Notes: generated by a model from the sequence alone, not told the origin. Numbered from the stretch's first letter, positions 1 through 13,150 are shown. The stretch is 64,000 nt of DNA from Eukaryota sp. GEM-RC1 (GCA_040285855.1 JAUFOQ010000001.1:868001-932000), one strand, 5' to 3'. Translations and numbers: made by a program.

Positions 1-299
1 CCGCAAGTCCAGTAGCTATGTTGCCTTCATCAACATTGTTATCAACAAAGTTATCTTTGTACACTTATCTTAGGACAAATCCCTCCTGTGAGTTCTCTGA
101 TGAAGAGATAAACAGGATCCAAGAGCTGCACAGCTCTTTGGATAATGTTTATACCATGTGTTTAAGAGTGATTTAACCACGTATGACGTTAATGTGTTGT
201 ACAACTCATACAGAATTAACATGTAGAAGACTGTTCTTACTTCATGTCTTCTTCAACAACAATGTTGTTGAAACTACTTTTACATAGATAAAAATCTGT

Positions 300-570
300 T
301 GAAGTTCTGAGTGGAAGAAATTCCTTCTTCCACTGAATAGAACTACAAAAACACAGTAATAGCTAACGGAAAACAACACAGAAGTTTTATGTTCTTTCAG
401 CTTGAATGCTTAAAATGAATTATTGAACATGAATTCTGCGTGCCAACTGAAATCCTTTTTACCTTCGCATGAGTATGTTTCTAGTTTCGTCGGTGCTGTA
501 GTGTTTTCTACGTGTTGTATTGGTGTAGCATTGTGTAGTGTAGTTTTACTTTCAGTCTTATAGATCCATA
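300..570. repeat. Dispersed repeat containing the hairpin AGTGGAAGAA-attcc-TTCTTCCACT; inverted copy at ~4225-4497, partial copy at ~11945-12085
   Basis: Direct alignment by eye of the three regions; 10-bp perfect stem at 310-334. Confidence 0.75.
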
Positions 571-582
571 AGAAAACAGTAT

Positions 583-2678
583 TTTGATGCTCGTATTTCT
601 ATTCATCAGCATTTTTATGTTAGTTTTGATATCAAAACACGATAATGGAAGCAATTTTTTTTATTTAAGTTTCTCCGAAATCCACAATTAAATGAACAAA
701 ATTTACTTTTGAACCAACAAACCATCTTATTTTCGATACTCAGATTAAATCCCAATGCCGACACTAGTAAAGCCCTGAACAAGACGCATCGAGTATCTTA
801 ATTACAGCTTCAGTAATTCTTCAGTGTGGAGTTTCCGAATCATCCTTCTGTTAGTAAAATCGTTACATAAACTGACATAGCTAATCTATGAAAGTGAATT
901 TCATCCGTGGCAACAATCAAAGAGCTCTGATGGATACAAACAAATGTGGGCATCGTTAGCTAGCCCTTGGTTAAAGGAGAGGAAGAACTCTCCATAATAC
1001 AATGATCAAAAGTCAGATCAGTCTACTGTCTTTCTCCATTTGTTTTCAATGAATGCACTATAAGTATCACATACTGAGCAATATTCTATTCGATATCAAA
1101 CTATATCCCCATCCATGACACTCCTCTGAATGTTGATGATTTTCATCTTCATATTTTTGATTCCCCTAGCTTTCGTCTCACTAGCAAAGAGAATTCTACT
1201 GAGGTATCCTAAAGTAAGAAACACCTGAAACCCATATACAACCAGGAAACAGGGGGACACTTGGAATTCCTTCTTTTCTCCATCTTCCACGTTTGCAGTT
1301 ACTGTCGAAATAGCGTTCCAAAGTGTAGCTGTAAAAGAGGAACTCAAAGAATCGGTATAGAAAACGGTATAAAAACTACATGCATAATGCTGAACCTCTG
1401 CTGAAGATTAGTCGTTCATTTGATGATAATATAACACTGACTAGCAGTTAAGTGTTCAATGTTTCCTCCTTTTCTGGTATCTTCTCCCCGCAACCTAACT
1501 CTGATACACTGCCTGCTCCGTTGTCACTGCTTACTTCTTCCTCCAAGTACTTACGTTTACAGCAGACTTTATTGATCTTGATCAATCTTCACTTACATGT
1601 AAGTCCTCTCTCAACGTCAATTATAGAGACCATCGTGGAGACTTAGTCTTCATCTCCGTCATTTGAAGTAAGAATTATCGTCATTGTATAAAAAAGGTGA
1701 CTATGTGATCCGCCGTTTCTTTGAATCTACTCATCAATCAGTCAACGTGTTTCTTCAATCAAACACGTTACATGTGGTTTATAAAGACCTTCCTCAACTA
1801 AATTCATTTGCTCATCTCTTTGGAGCAGATGTACGGTCTGTTTTCTTGCACGGAATTGGGAAATTTATAGTGGAAGAATTTCTTTGTTTTTTCACAAGAT
1901 TAGGGTATTGTAATTAAAGTTAGTTAATGACAATGACTTGGAATTCCTGAACACATCATTTCTGTTTATGTCCGTTTCTTTTTGATGCTCGTATTTCTAT
2001 TCATCAGTATTTTTATCTCAGTTTTAATATCAAAACACGATAATGAAAGCAAATTTCGTTATTTAAGTTTCTCCGAAATCCACTATTAAATGAACAAAAT
2101 TTACTTTTGAACCAACAAGCGATCTTATTTTCGATACTCAGATTAAATCCCAATGCCGACACTAGTAAAGCCCTGAACAAGACGCATCGAGTGTCTTAAT
2201 TACAGCTTTAATACTTCTTCAGTGTGGAGTTTCCGATTCATCCTTCTGTTAGTAAAATCGTTACATAAACTGACATAGCTAATCTATGAAAGTGAATTTC
2301 ATCCGTGGCAATAAGCAACGAGCTCTGGTGGGTACAAACAAATGTGGGCATGGGTAGCTAGCCCTTGGTTAAAGGAGAGGAAGAACCCTCCGTCACTCCC
2401 TAATACAATGATCAAAAGTCAGTTCAGTCTACTGTCCTTCTCCATTTGTTTTCAATGAATGCACTACAAGTATCCCACACTGAGCAATATACTATTCGAC
2501 ATCAAACTCTTTCATGACACTACTCTGAATGCTGATGATTTTCATCTTCATATTTTTGATTGCCCTAGCTTCCGCCTCACTTGCAAAGATCTTGCTCCAT
2601 CTTCCACGTTTGCAGTTACTCTCGAAATAGCGTTCCAAAGTGTAGCTGTAAAAGATGAACTCAAAGAATCGGTATAGA
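583..2678. repeat. Tandem-like duplication of an unclassified repeat (583-1360 vs 1980-2678) around a second repeat segment (1385-1980)
   Basis: Long near-identical stretches, e.g. CTCAGATTAAATCCCAATGCCGACACTAGTAAAGCCCTGAACAAGACGCATCG in both copies; the 1385-1980 segment recurs at ~42445-43000, ~53440-53760 and ~55630-55950. Confidence 0.85.
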
Positions 2679-3354
2679 CGAACGTATTTTGTTGAGGAGA
2701 CGTAAGAAGATGTGCAATATGATAATCATCACTGTATATTTGATGTAAGGGGGAAGATAAAAACATAATACGAAATTACACAATTCTACAACTACATCAC
2801 ATGCTTCCTTTAGAACGGTCTTCTTTTGGCTTTAACCGATGAAAGGCTCAGTGACATCTGGAAGATTTAAAAAAAGCTAAGGTAAAAAGGGAAATTGATT
2901 GGTGTGCTGGAGGTGATATTGGAAGATTTCTCTCAGTAGTATTAATATAAATATTAAACACTTGCTGATGTATAGGAAGTTAGACCTATCGATATGGTAC
3001 TTTGTTAAATTATTTCTCAATATTTATGTACTCTCGAACTGGCAATAAATATTTGTTCATTATTTATTCTGACAAAATGATATTTTATTTATTATTTTTC
3101 AGTCTTAGGTATAAACCAGTTTCTATTAACCACCTTCAAGAATTGAGAACTATGTGAAGTCTTATGGCCAACATTGTGTGATGTCTGTTTTGACGGTCAT
3201 TCTTCACATAACAACACAAGGTGACATCACAATTTAGTCGACTCAAATTATGCCAATTGTATCTCTTGATGACGTCCTCAAAAGTAGTTTAGGGTGCTTT
3301 GAATTTGAAATGAATGAATAAATTGAATTTTTAAAATCTACCGATGAAAAAGTT

Positions 3355-3850
3355 TTGAATTCGGTTTCAGTATCATTGAATAACTTGTTGTTGTTTGGTC
3401 AAAATCGAGGGGAATCAAATTTGATTTTGGAGAAAATTATCAAGGCTTATGAAACACAGTCAAAATTTCAAATATTTAAATATGATACAATTAATCTTTC
3501 CAGTGTTTGTAACATATTCTTAAAAGGAAAAAATTCAAAGTACTGTCACTTAATTAACCAATTGAATGTTGACAGGTACAATTCTTTTGTGTTTCAACCT
3601 TTTGCGATGTCGATATACGGTAATATTGGACCAGCTGCACAAGGTTTTTTAACTTCCTTTGGTAAATTGTGTTCTGAGTATGGTAAAGCTTTCAATGAAA
3701 ATTTTTGGTTGAGTAAGTTAACGTTTGCGTTGTTTCGTTCAATGCACAGATATTTTAATTCAATTTTAGGTAAGTTGTTCGGTGATGGACAGAAGGATCA
3801 TAGTTTAGATACTTTAGTTAGTGTCTGTTAGTTATTAACTTCTGCAAATG
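3355..3850 (+). mobile_element. Degenerate 3' fragment of a CRE-like non-LTR retrotransposon (RLE C-terminus)
   Basis: K..KY...LN...FVFQPFAMSIYGNIGPAA..F..FWLSKLTFALFR aligns with the C-terminus of 16966-17820. Confidence 0.8.
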
Positions 3851-4517
3851 CATTTATTTCACTGACTGATCATAAACCCCGTTTTTTTTATTCTTACAAA
3901 GTCTACAGAAGAGAATTGAACCCTGGACGTATCTATAACAGGAACAAATCAATATTTTGTAAAAAAAATTCAAAAATGATGAGCTCCACACCAACGAGAT
4001 CACGGCACTTCGAAGAAAGAAAATGATAGAACAACTGATTAGCCTTCCCCAAAAACTCTCGGAGTGGTTTAAAGGGAGCTAGAAACTGTTGTATAAGAAG
4101 AAGAAAGTTTGAGATCAATATTGTACATGTCTTTCGATGGACTCTCGTACTGTTCTAGTTGTTCTTAGAAGGTTGTCACGAGTAGAAATGAACATGAGTT
4201 GCTGAATGAATGAATTGATTTATTATGGATCTAGAAGACTGAAAGTAAAACTATACTACACATTGCTATACCAATACGACATGTAGCGAACATTACAACA
4301 TCAACTAAACTAGAAACATACTCATGCGAAGGTAAAGAAGGATTTCAGTTGACACGCAGAATTCATGTTGAATAATTCATTTTTGGCATTCAAGTTGAAA
4401 GATCAGAACTTGTTCAAGAAGTTTTTCATTTTTTATTGTGATGTATTTTGCAGTTCTATTCAGTGGAAGAAGGAATTTCTTCCACTCAGAACTTCACTAT
4501 CACTTTTTTTCACAGTA

Positions 4518-4964
4518 TTATTGATAAGAACATTTTTGTAAGATGTGAAAGTCATTCCTTTTAAAGTTGGTGACTGAGTTGTATTTGGATGAGGGGTGTT
4601 TCTTCAGCATCTTAGGGTCTTGGTCATCAGGGTCTTGGTCATCAGCAGGTGGATGTATACCACGACCAACCCATTCGATGATCCTCATGGCTTCTTCTAG
4701 GTCAGGACGACAATGAGGACTATAATAACGAGGACGAGGAGGTGTTTCCTCACCCAGCTTAGGCTGCTTCAAACCTCTGAATTTGTTGAAGTGTTCATCC
4801 AGAGATAGATGCAGCCTCTTCATTCCCGCTATAGAATCAGTTAGAGCATCTTGAGGGTCACCTGGGTTAGGAGACTGAACAGGTGCCTGTACATGTACAT
4901 ACCTGTGTACCGTTTGCCCGTCACACGTAACTCCAGTAAACGAAACTGAAGCAAACTTCTCCAC
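4518..4964 (-). mobile_element. Probable degenerate LTR-retrotransposon (gag/protease-RT junction) fragment
   Basis: Locally GC-richer ORF; PRPRYYSPHCRPDLEEAMRIIEW resembles the gypsy pre-RT segment; weak support. Confidence 0.3.
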
Positions 4965-5533
4965 ACTAAGCTCGGTTAGATCTTGGATTGCCCAGAGATG
5001 GACTTTTTCCAGCCAGAAACTGTTTTCTTATAAAAATTTTTAGCAATTACAGGTCTATCTAGCTCAGTTGCAATTGAAGTTTCATAGTCAGCAGAGGAAT
5101 CCTCAGATGAAGAAGAAGACGAATCCTCAGAAGAAGATGAAGAAGAAGACTCTAGAACCTCTAGCTCGTATTCGTCAGATACATAGTCTGCTTGAGGTTC
5201 TAGTAATTCAGATTTGTTTTTCCCCCATTACAGGGACAAATATATTTGCAAATTTTTCCCTTTCTTTCATTGACAGTCTTTTGGACTTAATTTTCTTCAG
5301 CTGCTTTTCTCTCCCAGCATTTGTGCATTGCACCTGGGGTTCTCCTGGAAAATGACCTGGGTGAATTATTACTCACCCAGTGACCTATAATATGAATAAT
5401 CAATTTATTAAAGATAAAACTCAATTTACAAATTATATATAACTCTTATAATAAAAGGTGTAACAAAAAATATTTACAAATTCTAACACACAATGAACAA
5501 TATTATGAGTGTGACCATTTTTCTACACCACAA

Positions 5534-5791
5534 CTAATACTTCAAACACAAGTGGGACCTTAAAGTATGGTCTTTCATTGAAGCCCTTTCCTTCCTCTTA
5601 ATGAACCCTGCCATTGAAAAATAACTTTTAGATGCTACAGAAGTTGCAGGAATAGCTAGAAATGATTTTGCAATTTTGGCAGAGCATGAAAATCTGCTTT
5701 CGTTCAGTCTCCACCATACAAGAGGATCTTGATACAAATCGATCGTCGGTTCAACAATTAGTCTATCAAATTCGCTTTCCAAACGAAGCAC
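5534..5791 (-). mobile_element. hAT transposase C-terminal dimerisation-domain fragment
   Basis: DPLVWWRLNESRFSCSAKIAKSFLAIPATSVASKSYFSMAG matches the hATC motif (DPL.WW...LA..LL.IPATSA.SER.FS.AG). Confidence 0.85.
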
Positions 5792-6063
5792 CTTCTTCTT
5801 CAGAGATGTAATCAGTATTCCTGATAATGTTGAACAATTTCTCTTACTTGGAGGTTCTTCAATTACCTGACATTCTTGGTCTTGATCACAGTCATTCTCT
5901 TTAATGCTTGAATAAGAGAATACCTACTATGATTTATGTAGGAAGGAAAAGACTCAAGTAAAAAGTACAATTCTACGATAAGCTACTATCATTGCTCTTT
6001 CTCTTTCAAGGTCTCTCATGACCTTTGAAAAGGGTAGCTATCGAGAATTGAAAGTAAGACTAA

Positions 6064-6740
6064 TTATTTGAGAGAAGCCTTATACTTGGCGTAAGCAGAA
6101 GTCTTCTGCATGGTTGAGAAGGGTTCCCAGGAAGTAGAGCCATCAATCCATTCTACTCGGACATAAGAACCATCCAAGTCAAGGATACGCTTGAGTACCG
6201 TCTCTTCGGCATCAAGGGCAGCTACAGCTTTCAAATACTCACTGTTAGAGGAACTAGAATGAAAACACTTTAAAAAACGAGAAGAACAGGAGGTGGTGGT
6301 TCCTGATATAAGATTCAGGATCTCAACCTTAGTTGAGTTTGGGAAGGTTTTAGCGACTTCAAAGGGCCTCGCCAACGTCCATGTAGACGTCGAGGTTTTT
6401 CCACAATTCGGAGAACAAGATCACCTTCCTTGAACTCTGGAGGATCATGTACACGAGAAGTAAGCGAATCGATGTATACTTGTTGATTCTTCTCTGCTTC
6501 TTCCCACTTAGCCAGCAAACTATGGGTCTTGGCAGCAAGCTCATCGATGAGAGGTAACGTGGTAGTGGAGGCTTTGTGAGCTTTAAGGAGGGCTAAGGTG
6601 GTTGACTGGCAGATCAACTTTTTAATTCGGATGAAGGATTTAGTATGTAGAGTTGTCCATTTGGCTTTCACTGTTCTGCTGTCGTTGGGGTCTTTCTTGG
6701 TGAGTGCAGTTAAAGGAGCAAGAAGGGTAGATATGTGTGG
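6064..6740 (-). mobile_element. Ty3/gypsy (chromovirus-like) pol fragment: RT tail, integrase C-terminal GPY/F region, chromodomain
   Basis: FKEGDLVLR...LHGRWRGP then FEV (frameshifted); chromo-like ILD...VRVEWIDGSTSWEP; HISTLLAPLTALTKKD at ~6690-6740. Confidence 0.75.
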
Positions 6741-7237
6741 AGAACAGCATCGTCACTTACACCCTTCTTCCTCTTAGTGTTTCCTCTTAAATGTTTCTAA
6801 AAGGCCACGAACAACACGCCTTTAACATATTTTCAATAAAATCAGAATTTTCAAGTCGACATCACAACTGTGATTTATCTGTTATGCTGCAGATTTGCCA
6901 AGAAACGTCGCATTTGAACGCCCACTTAGCATGTTACGTATCTTGTAAATAGGCTATAATATCAATAGAAAAATAAAACATTCTACTGACAGATTTTAAA
7001 TGATATTTCTGTATATGTTTGAGTCAAATATGACTCTTGAATATGGTTATTTGAGCTATAAATACGTACCAGAGTGGTTATTTAACTATTACTTCTAAAT
7101 ACGCATGAATACAGGAAAGGCCTGTGTGATCACATTAAGACTTTTAATAACCCTTTTCTATTTAAAATTTTGAAGTTAGCAACTTATACGCAACTACTGA
7201 GAATTGAGAAATATACATTAGCTCTCATCTATTTTGG

Positions 7238-7849
7238 ATGTCCGATCTGTCCAAGCTCTCCATATCCCCCACAAATCCCCACAACTTCCCTTCACCATCG
7301 GCTTCTTTCAAAAAGAAACCCAAAGGCTCCACACAGAAGTATTATGGCATACACAAGGGAAACGCCACTGGTGTAATCCATCTCCCAGATAACTCACGGG
7401 AGTTCTACGAATCTCAAATTCTCCCACACCTACAAAGTTGTCCAGGAGCTACCCATAGGGCTTTTGACACTTTTTATGAAGCCCATTATTTTTATGTATA
7501 TGGAGTTGTATCCAGTGAACGCTAACACGTTCAAAATCGAATCTAACACGTGTTACGTGTTAGGACGTGTTACGTGTTTGTGTTACAGGAATTTTTCCTG
7601 GTTTCTAGTTCACCGATATACAGCTGGTTTCTTCTACACATTTATCCCTACGATAATCTACATCACTGTAGGGGACTTCTAAAACGGCGTCTTTCATTCT
7701 TTTAGCAGCGATATGCATTTTCACATCATTCAGACCGAAAATAGTAACCGTAATTTACGTGTTAGAAATCAGCCAAAATTCCTAACACGCGTGTTACGTG
7801 TCAGGCCCTGTTACGTGTTAGCGTTCACTGGTTGTATCCCCTCAATAAA
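7238..7849 (+). CDS. Small protein with an RNase H1 N-terminal hybrid-binding / caulimovirus viroplasmin-like domain; last codons separated by a hAT MITE
   Basis: KYYGIHKGNATGV...PGATHRAFDTFYEAHYF fits the YY.V..G..TGI...GA.HK.F.T.EEA..F pattern; removing 7513-7838 restores ...GVVSPQ*. Confidence 0.65.
7513..7830. mobile_element. hAT-type MITE, family A (318 bp)
   Basis: TIR CAGTGAACGCTAACACGT...ACGTGTTAGCGTTCACTG; exact 8-bp TSD GTTGTATC at 7505-7512 and 7831-7838. Confidence 0.95.
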
Positions 7850-7865
7850 CACATTTATTTTCGAG

Positions 7866-7937
7866 TATATATAAACAACTTCTCGGTAGTGGCGTATAAG
7901 TTATATATAAACAACTTCTCGGTAGTTGCGTATAAGT
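7866..7937. repeat. 36-bp tandem duplication at the presumed hAT terminus
   Basis: TATATATAAACAACTTCTCGGTAGT(G/T)GCGTATAAGT twice, one mismatch. Confidence 0.9.
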
Positions 7938-9880
7938 TAACCGTAAATACGGTAACTTTTCAGACAAGTCCGTAAATAATTTCCGTATTTTACGGAACGA
8001 TATATTTTACGGCAACATTATTACTTTCCGTAAATAATTGCAATACGGAACCGTATTTCACCGTAAATTCATTTTTGGATTGACTACAACAAGAATTGAT
8101 ATGATAATGTTCGTTCTAGTTTGTTTGCAGTAATAATTTCTTAATGTTCAATATCATATTTATTTTATCAATACATTCCTCTTATCTTCTAAATATCATC
8201 GATGTCCAATTCATGGATGTCAGATTCGTCATTCTCGTCATCATCATTTGGGAACCGCTGCAGTATCTTTTCGACTAAATACATGTCCCAATACTTTCTG
8301 TTATACGAGAGGAACAATTGTTGTTCTAGTGAACTCCATTTCAAACGGCGACGCTGAGAACCAATCGCTCTCTTAGTCTGTCAAAAGCCGTCCTGCTTCA
8401 TTCGATGTAGCAGGAATGAATCGTAAGCTTATGTAGTCAGAATGAGCACTTTCTACCTGCTGAAGACTGTTTAGTTCTGATTGCAGATTTGATAAACGTC
8501 TAGCTTGTCCTGCGTCAATTACGGGCCGCTGGAAACTGATTATCATTGCTTTTTCTTCTTCATAAAGGTCGTTTTCCCGTTTTTCAAGCACTATAACAAC
8601 TGCGGCTTCGAAGGCAGGCGACGGAACGATACTGTTGTCATCTTGAACATACTGGAAAGGAGCAAAGTCTGCGAACTCTTACAGAATTCTTCTCATTATT
8701 CTTTTGCTAATAGCAAAGAAACGTGTTTGTTCTGCAATGACTTAGTAAAAACATCAGCTGTCTCAAGAGTCTTTACTAAGTTTCGTAAGGCGTCTTCTTC
8801 GACATTGGTTGGTAAGAGTGATCTTACATCTATGTCAAAGACATCAAAGACTTTAAAGTCAGAAAATTGTAAATACCTTTTGAGCAGCATGTAAGTGCTA
8901 CTCCATCTTGTTACGTTTCGTTTAATGGGTTTTAGATCTGTTTTTGTTCTTAGTATCATCGAGTTCTTTACGTGGCGGAGTCTACTAAACAGGAGAGTAA
9001 TTTGGTCAATAAGACGTTGATTGGATAATTATCTTCACTTCCAAAGCTAGGCGATGACTGTAACAGCCAATCATTGGAACACCGAGACGGACTGCAAGAG
9101 CTTTCTTGACTGATGTATGATCACACACAATAAACAACACGTCTTCAGCTTTTCGTGAAAATGCAGTTAGAATAGTGACTATCAAGTCGTAATAGTTAGA
9201 TACAGCTAACATAACAATTGAAGTAGGAATGATAGCATCGTTCTGTTCTGGCTCCAATTCGAAAGGAACAAAACCCAGAAGAATGGGGTCAAGTTCATTG
9301 GGAGCGCATGCAAAAATAGCCACAAATTCGGTGGAGGAGGGGCCGTGTTTCCATCCAACAAAAAGTATACCAAATCGCTTAGGAAGCTTCGATTTGAACA
9401 CTTCAATAGTTTCAGTGTACACCAATTGTACATATATCTTGAGTGCATTCACACAGATGGGTTCTAATTTCGTGTGTTTGCGTACTGTTCGATTTTTGAC
9501 AAAAGCCAAAGACTCCTGGGTTTCTGTATAGAGCTCTATCCACCCGGTGAGATTCCTAGCTTTTTTCGAGAGAATTGGCACAGCAAATTGAGCAATATTT
9601 TCTGGATGTTCCGCAGATTCAAAACTATGATACTCATCAAGATGATCAGCTATGGCATGGTACAGAAGAATGGTGTATCCCTTTCCCTTCTTAAGCCAAG
9701 TGACAAAGATGGGTTGACAGTACTTGCACTTATAGCAGTCGGAAGAGATTACAGAATGGTTCCTAGGAGGCTGTGGAGGGTCTGCCAGCTCGTAAAGAAG
9801 TGTTTAAGAAGATCATCATGTTTGGATCGTCTTGGCACTGTTTACGGAAAAATACTTTTTATTTTACGGTTTGACGATCA
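7925..9880 (-). mobile_element. Degenerate hAT DNA transposon (fragmented transposase plus subterminal CCGTAAA/TTACGG repeats)
   Basis: ORFs 9006-9581 (GWIE..., LPKRFGILFVGW, CDH, IGCYSHRLAL), 8696-8959 (NVTRWSSTYMLLKRY), 8373-8591 (RFIPATSNEAGRL); subterminal repeats at 7940-8070. Confidence 0.85.
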
Positions 9881-10917
9881 CTGGTCAAAACTGTCTATAG
9901 CGTGAAACTCTTTATAGCGTGCACTTTTCACGGTCCGACATTTTCCTCCTCTTTTTCCCATATGACATCATGTCAGTCGCCTCTATCAGTAGTTCTCTTT
10001 GGTAATAAACTGTCGTATTGCTGGCGTTCATTCTGATAACATCTCTTGATCAGCAACTTTCCTGTCTTCACACATACCGGACATATTTCCTTTGATACCC
10101 CTGATATCCCCGTCTTAGCTGCTTCGTCAACATCATCCCTTTCACATCCTGCTCATTTCAGATTATCTTTGGTGTTACAGCTTCTAACAAATGTCACTCC
10201 TCCATCATAGCCCTGTAGGATGTTGATTGACGTACCACAAGAACTTTTTTATCTAGCAACTCTCCATACTCTCCATAAGAGTTCCCTAAAAGAGCATAAC
10301 ACATGGTCTAAACCAACGCTATAACGTAGACGTAGACAGAAGATGTATTTATGATAAATAACCTTATTGAATCGTGTTTATGGGGAGAACCAACAAGAAA
10401 CTGTACAGAACTACCATGAAGCCAAAGAACAAATCCAGATTGATAGGGAAATAGAAGGAGTGATGGAAGATGTAGATCCGTTCTCATAATCTCTGGAGAT
10501 TCATCACTCATCTACTCAGAGAGGAGGGTGATACAAGGGATACAACTGGTTGGTTGGAAGATGAATCATGTCTTCATAGGTTTAAGCGAGATGTTCATGT
10601 CTCTTTTTCACTTTTTCATGTCCAAATAGGGTCAGAATGAAGTTACTCCACCGGAACTTCCGTATCTGGATGATTTCTTGAATTCCGTTCAAAATATTTA
10701 CCACCCAGATTCTAGTCTTGTCCAATTTTCCTACTCCAGTCCATGCAGTTCTGGCCATGATGGATATTTGATTGACCCATAATTTGTTCTTCCTAGATCT
10801 GCTTGAAATAAACACTCATTGTTGAGAATGGAGCTGCACAGTGCGTTTATTCTATATAGCGTGAAACTCTATATAGCGTAGGTACATATAGTCCCGCTAT
10901 AAACCGTTGTGACTGTA
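9880..10917. mobile_element. Possible Tc1/pogo-like non-autonomous element or ends
   Basis: TATAGCGTGAAACTCT(T/A)TATAGCGT at ~9896 and ~10855; right end ...GACTG-TA; internal sequence unassigned. Confidence 0.35.
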
Positions 10918-10964
10918 TATATATTTCTGTCAAAAACTATAACAATATAAGTTCTTGATCAATA

Positions 10965-11483
10965 AAAATCTAATTAACGACACTTTGACAATCAATTCTG
11001 TGAGTCAGTGAACGCTAACACGTTCAAAAATCGAATCTAACACGTGTTAACGTGTGTTAACACGCGTGTTACGCGTCAGGACGTGTTCCGTGTTTGCGTT
11101 ACAGGAATTTTTCCTGGCTTCTGGTTCAACTATAAACCGGTCGTTTCTTCTACACATGTATCCCTACGATACTCTACACCACTATAGGGTACTTCTAAAA
11201 CGGTGCATTTTATTCTTTTGGCAGCAAAATGCATTTTCAGAAAATTTTGACATCATTCAGACTCAAAATAGTAACCGTAATTTGCGTGTTAGAAACCAGC
11301 CAAAATTCCTAACACGTGTTAACACGCGTGTTGGGTGTCAGGCCGTGTTACGTGTTAGCGTTCACTGCTGTGAGTAATTTTTCAATTAATCTAACTGGAA
11401 CTCTTTCCAGATTAAGTGACGGTAACTATTATCCATTTGCTTTCTTACAACATTGTCACCATGTACTTGAAAAAGTTGCATAA
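10965..11483 (+). pseudogene. 3' fragment of the SPRY-like cassette, interrupted by a MITE
   Basis: NLINDTLTINSVS|NFSINL..TGTLSRLSDGNYYPFAFLQHCHHVLEKVA* after removing 11006-11375. Confidence 0.85.
11006..11367. mobile_element. hAT-type MITE, family A (362 bp)
   Basis: Same TIRs as 7513-7830; exact 8-bp TSD CTGTGAGT at 10998-11005 and 11368-11375. Confidence 0.95.
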
Positions 11484-12984
11484 AGTTGATAACTTCGTAT
11501 ATTGTATACCGAGAAACAATCACAAATTTTGATTGAATTTAGCAACATCTTTGGAATACATATCAATTTTACGTTTTTCAGCTGTTGTTTAGGTGATTGA
11601 AACATATAAATACTTTTTTATGCCCTTCATCGATAAACTTTTTTCATGGCAATATATAAGCTTTATTATTAAAGCATTGCTCGTGTATAACAAACCACTA
11701 CTGGTAGTGCTAGTTTTCTTTTCAAATAATCATCTCCAATCCTTTAGACTGGCAAGTGCTTGGATACTTTCATCGGACAGAGAAACTCTACGATCTGTAA
11801 TCGTGAGCAGATGAAAAAACTTGTTCACAACAAACAGAAGTTGCTTGAATAGCGAGAAGAAGCGTCGATAGAAGTGTTAAAATCGTTCATATCATAGTCA
11901 GAGTGTTTTTAAAATTAAATGTGTTTCATTATTCTTCCATTCTCAGTGGAAGAAATTCCTTCTTCCGCGTATAGAACTACAAAATACAGAACAAATCACT
12001 ATAGAATCTGGGATTCATCTATTTTTCTTTACACTTGAACGTCAAACATGAATTATGCTAAATGAATTCTGCGTGTCAATTCCTTAATGTTGTTTGTTGT
12101 ACATGTTTAATCATGCGTACAGGTTTAGTGGCCATACTGGAACCAATGGCCTGCGTTCAATACACTGAAAAGTGAAAAGATGAGGTCGCATGTCTGACGA
12201 AGAATTCACTCCTTCTCGTCCATTTGTGGAAAAGGTTGACTTCAAACCTCCCCACAATAAGCCTTTCAGACCCAGTGATGGGATTCTCTATCACGAGGGG
12301 TCTAAGAAAGATTATAAGCAGGTCTGTAGGGACAAAAACGCGGTGATCACTTCGGTGATCGATGAACTGTCATGACAAGTTCTGCTCTTTTTCATTCACA
12401 GCTGTGACAGTGGATGGCCGCTATGTACATCAGTACACTATCGTTGTTAATATGTTATATGAATCGTGGAGTGATTTGCAGCATGATGAGGAAATTTCCT
12501 TTCCTCATCAGTGATAGAAAAGTGTATTTGGAAATTATAAATATTGATCGTTATGGAATGAAATTAAGTATTAATGTAATGTCGAATGTCTGCATTCTTT
12601 CTCAAACAGCGTGTTACATGTTGTAGTGTTGGTGTAAAAGGGTTTCGAGTTGAACTGTTGGGAAAGTTGAAACGACCACAAATACAGTCTTGTACTCTTG
12701 TAAGTGTAATCTCACTTACAAGTGTAATCCCGTGAATATTGTTTCCTACGCCAAACTGCAGATCATGGTAAAACTCTAGATCAATATATCGGTCTCCGAT
12801 TCTATGAATTGTTGGGAAAGTTGAATGATTAGCCACATACTGGTCGTCAACTAGTATGTTCGAGATGAGCAGCTTGGCGGTTCGCAACTACCCATGATCG
12901 AAGGTATTAAGTTGATCACTTAATAAATGGAAGGAACCAGGAACTAAATCTTTTTGGAACATCTGTGCTAGTTCTTTTACGATT

Positions 12985-13150
12985 GACTTAAAGCAGGTGT
13001 GCAACACCAACCTCCCTAGTCATACTGTAAAAAGAGTACGGCAACTCTGTAAAGACGAACTATCCGGCTCTCATGAAGACAACTTCCGCAAACTTCCTGT
13101 TTACTTAAACAAACTTTTGGCACTTAATCCCGGAAATTATGTAAAATATT
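12985..13150 (+). mobile_element. MuDR/MULE transposase fragment
   Basis: LCKDELSGSHEDNFRKLPVYLNKLLALNPG resembles the MuDR G..EESY..LP.YL..L...NPG segment. Confidence 0.6.

Noticed and set aside
5095..5155. GAATCCTCAGA(T/A)GAAGA..AAGA tandem and the TGTATTT runs at ~31372-31420 and ~32450-32510
   Set aside because: Low-complexity repeats with no further structure I can support
7513..8070. CRISPR-like array in the ACACGTGTT, CCGTAAA or ATATTGCAAT repeat clusters
   Set aside because: Irregularly spaced subterminal repeats of hAT elements, no constant repeat-spacer period, eukaryotic context
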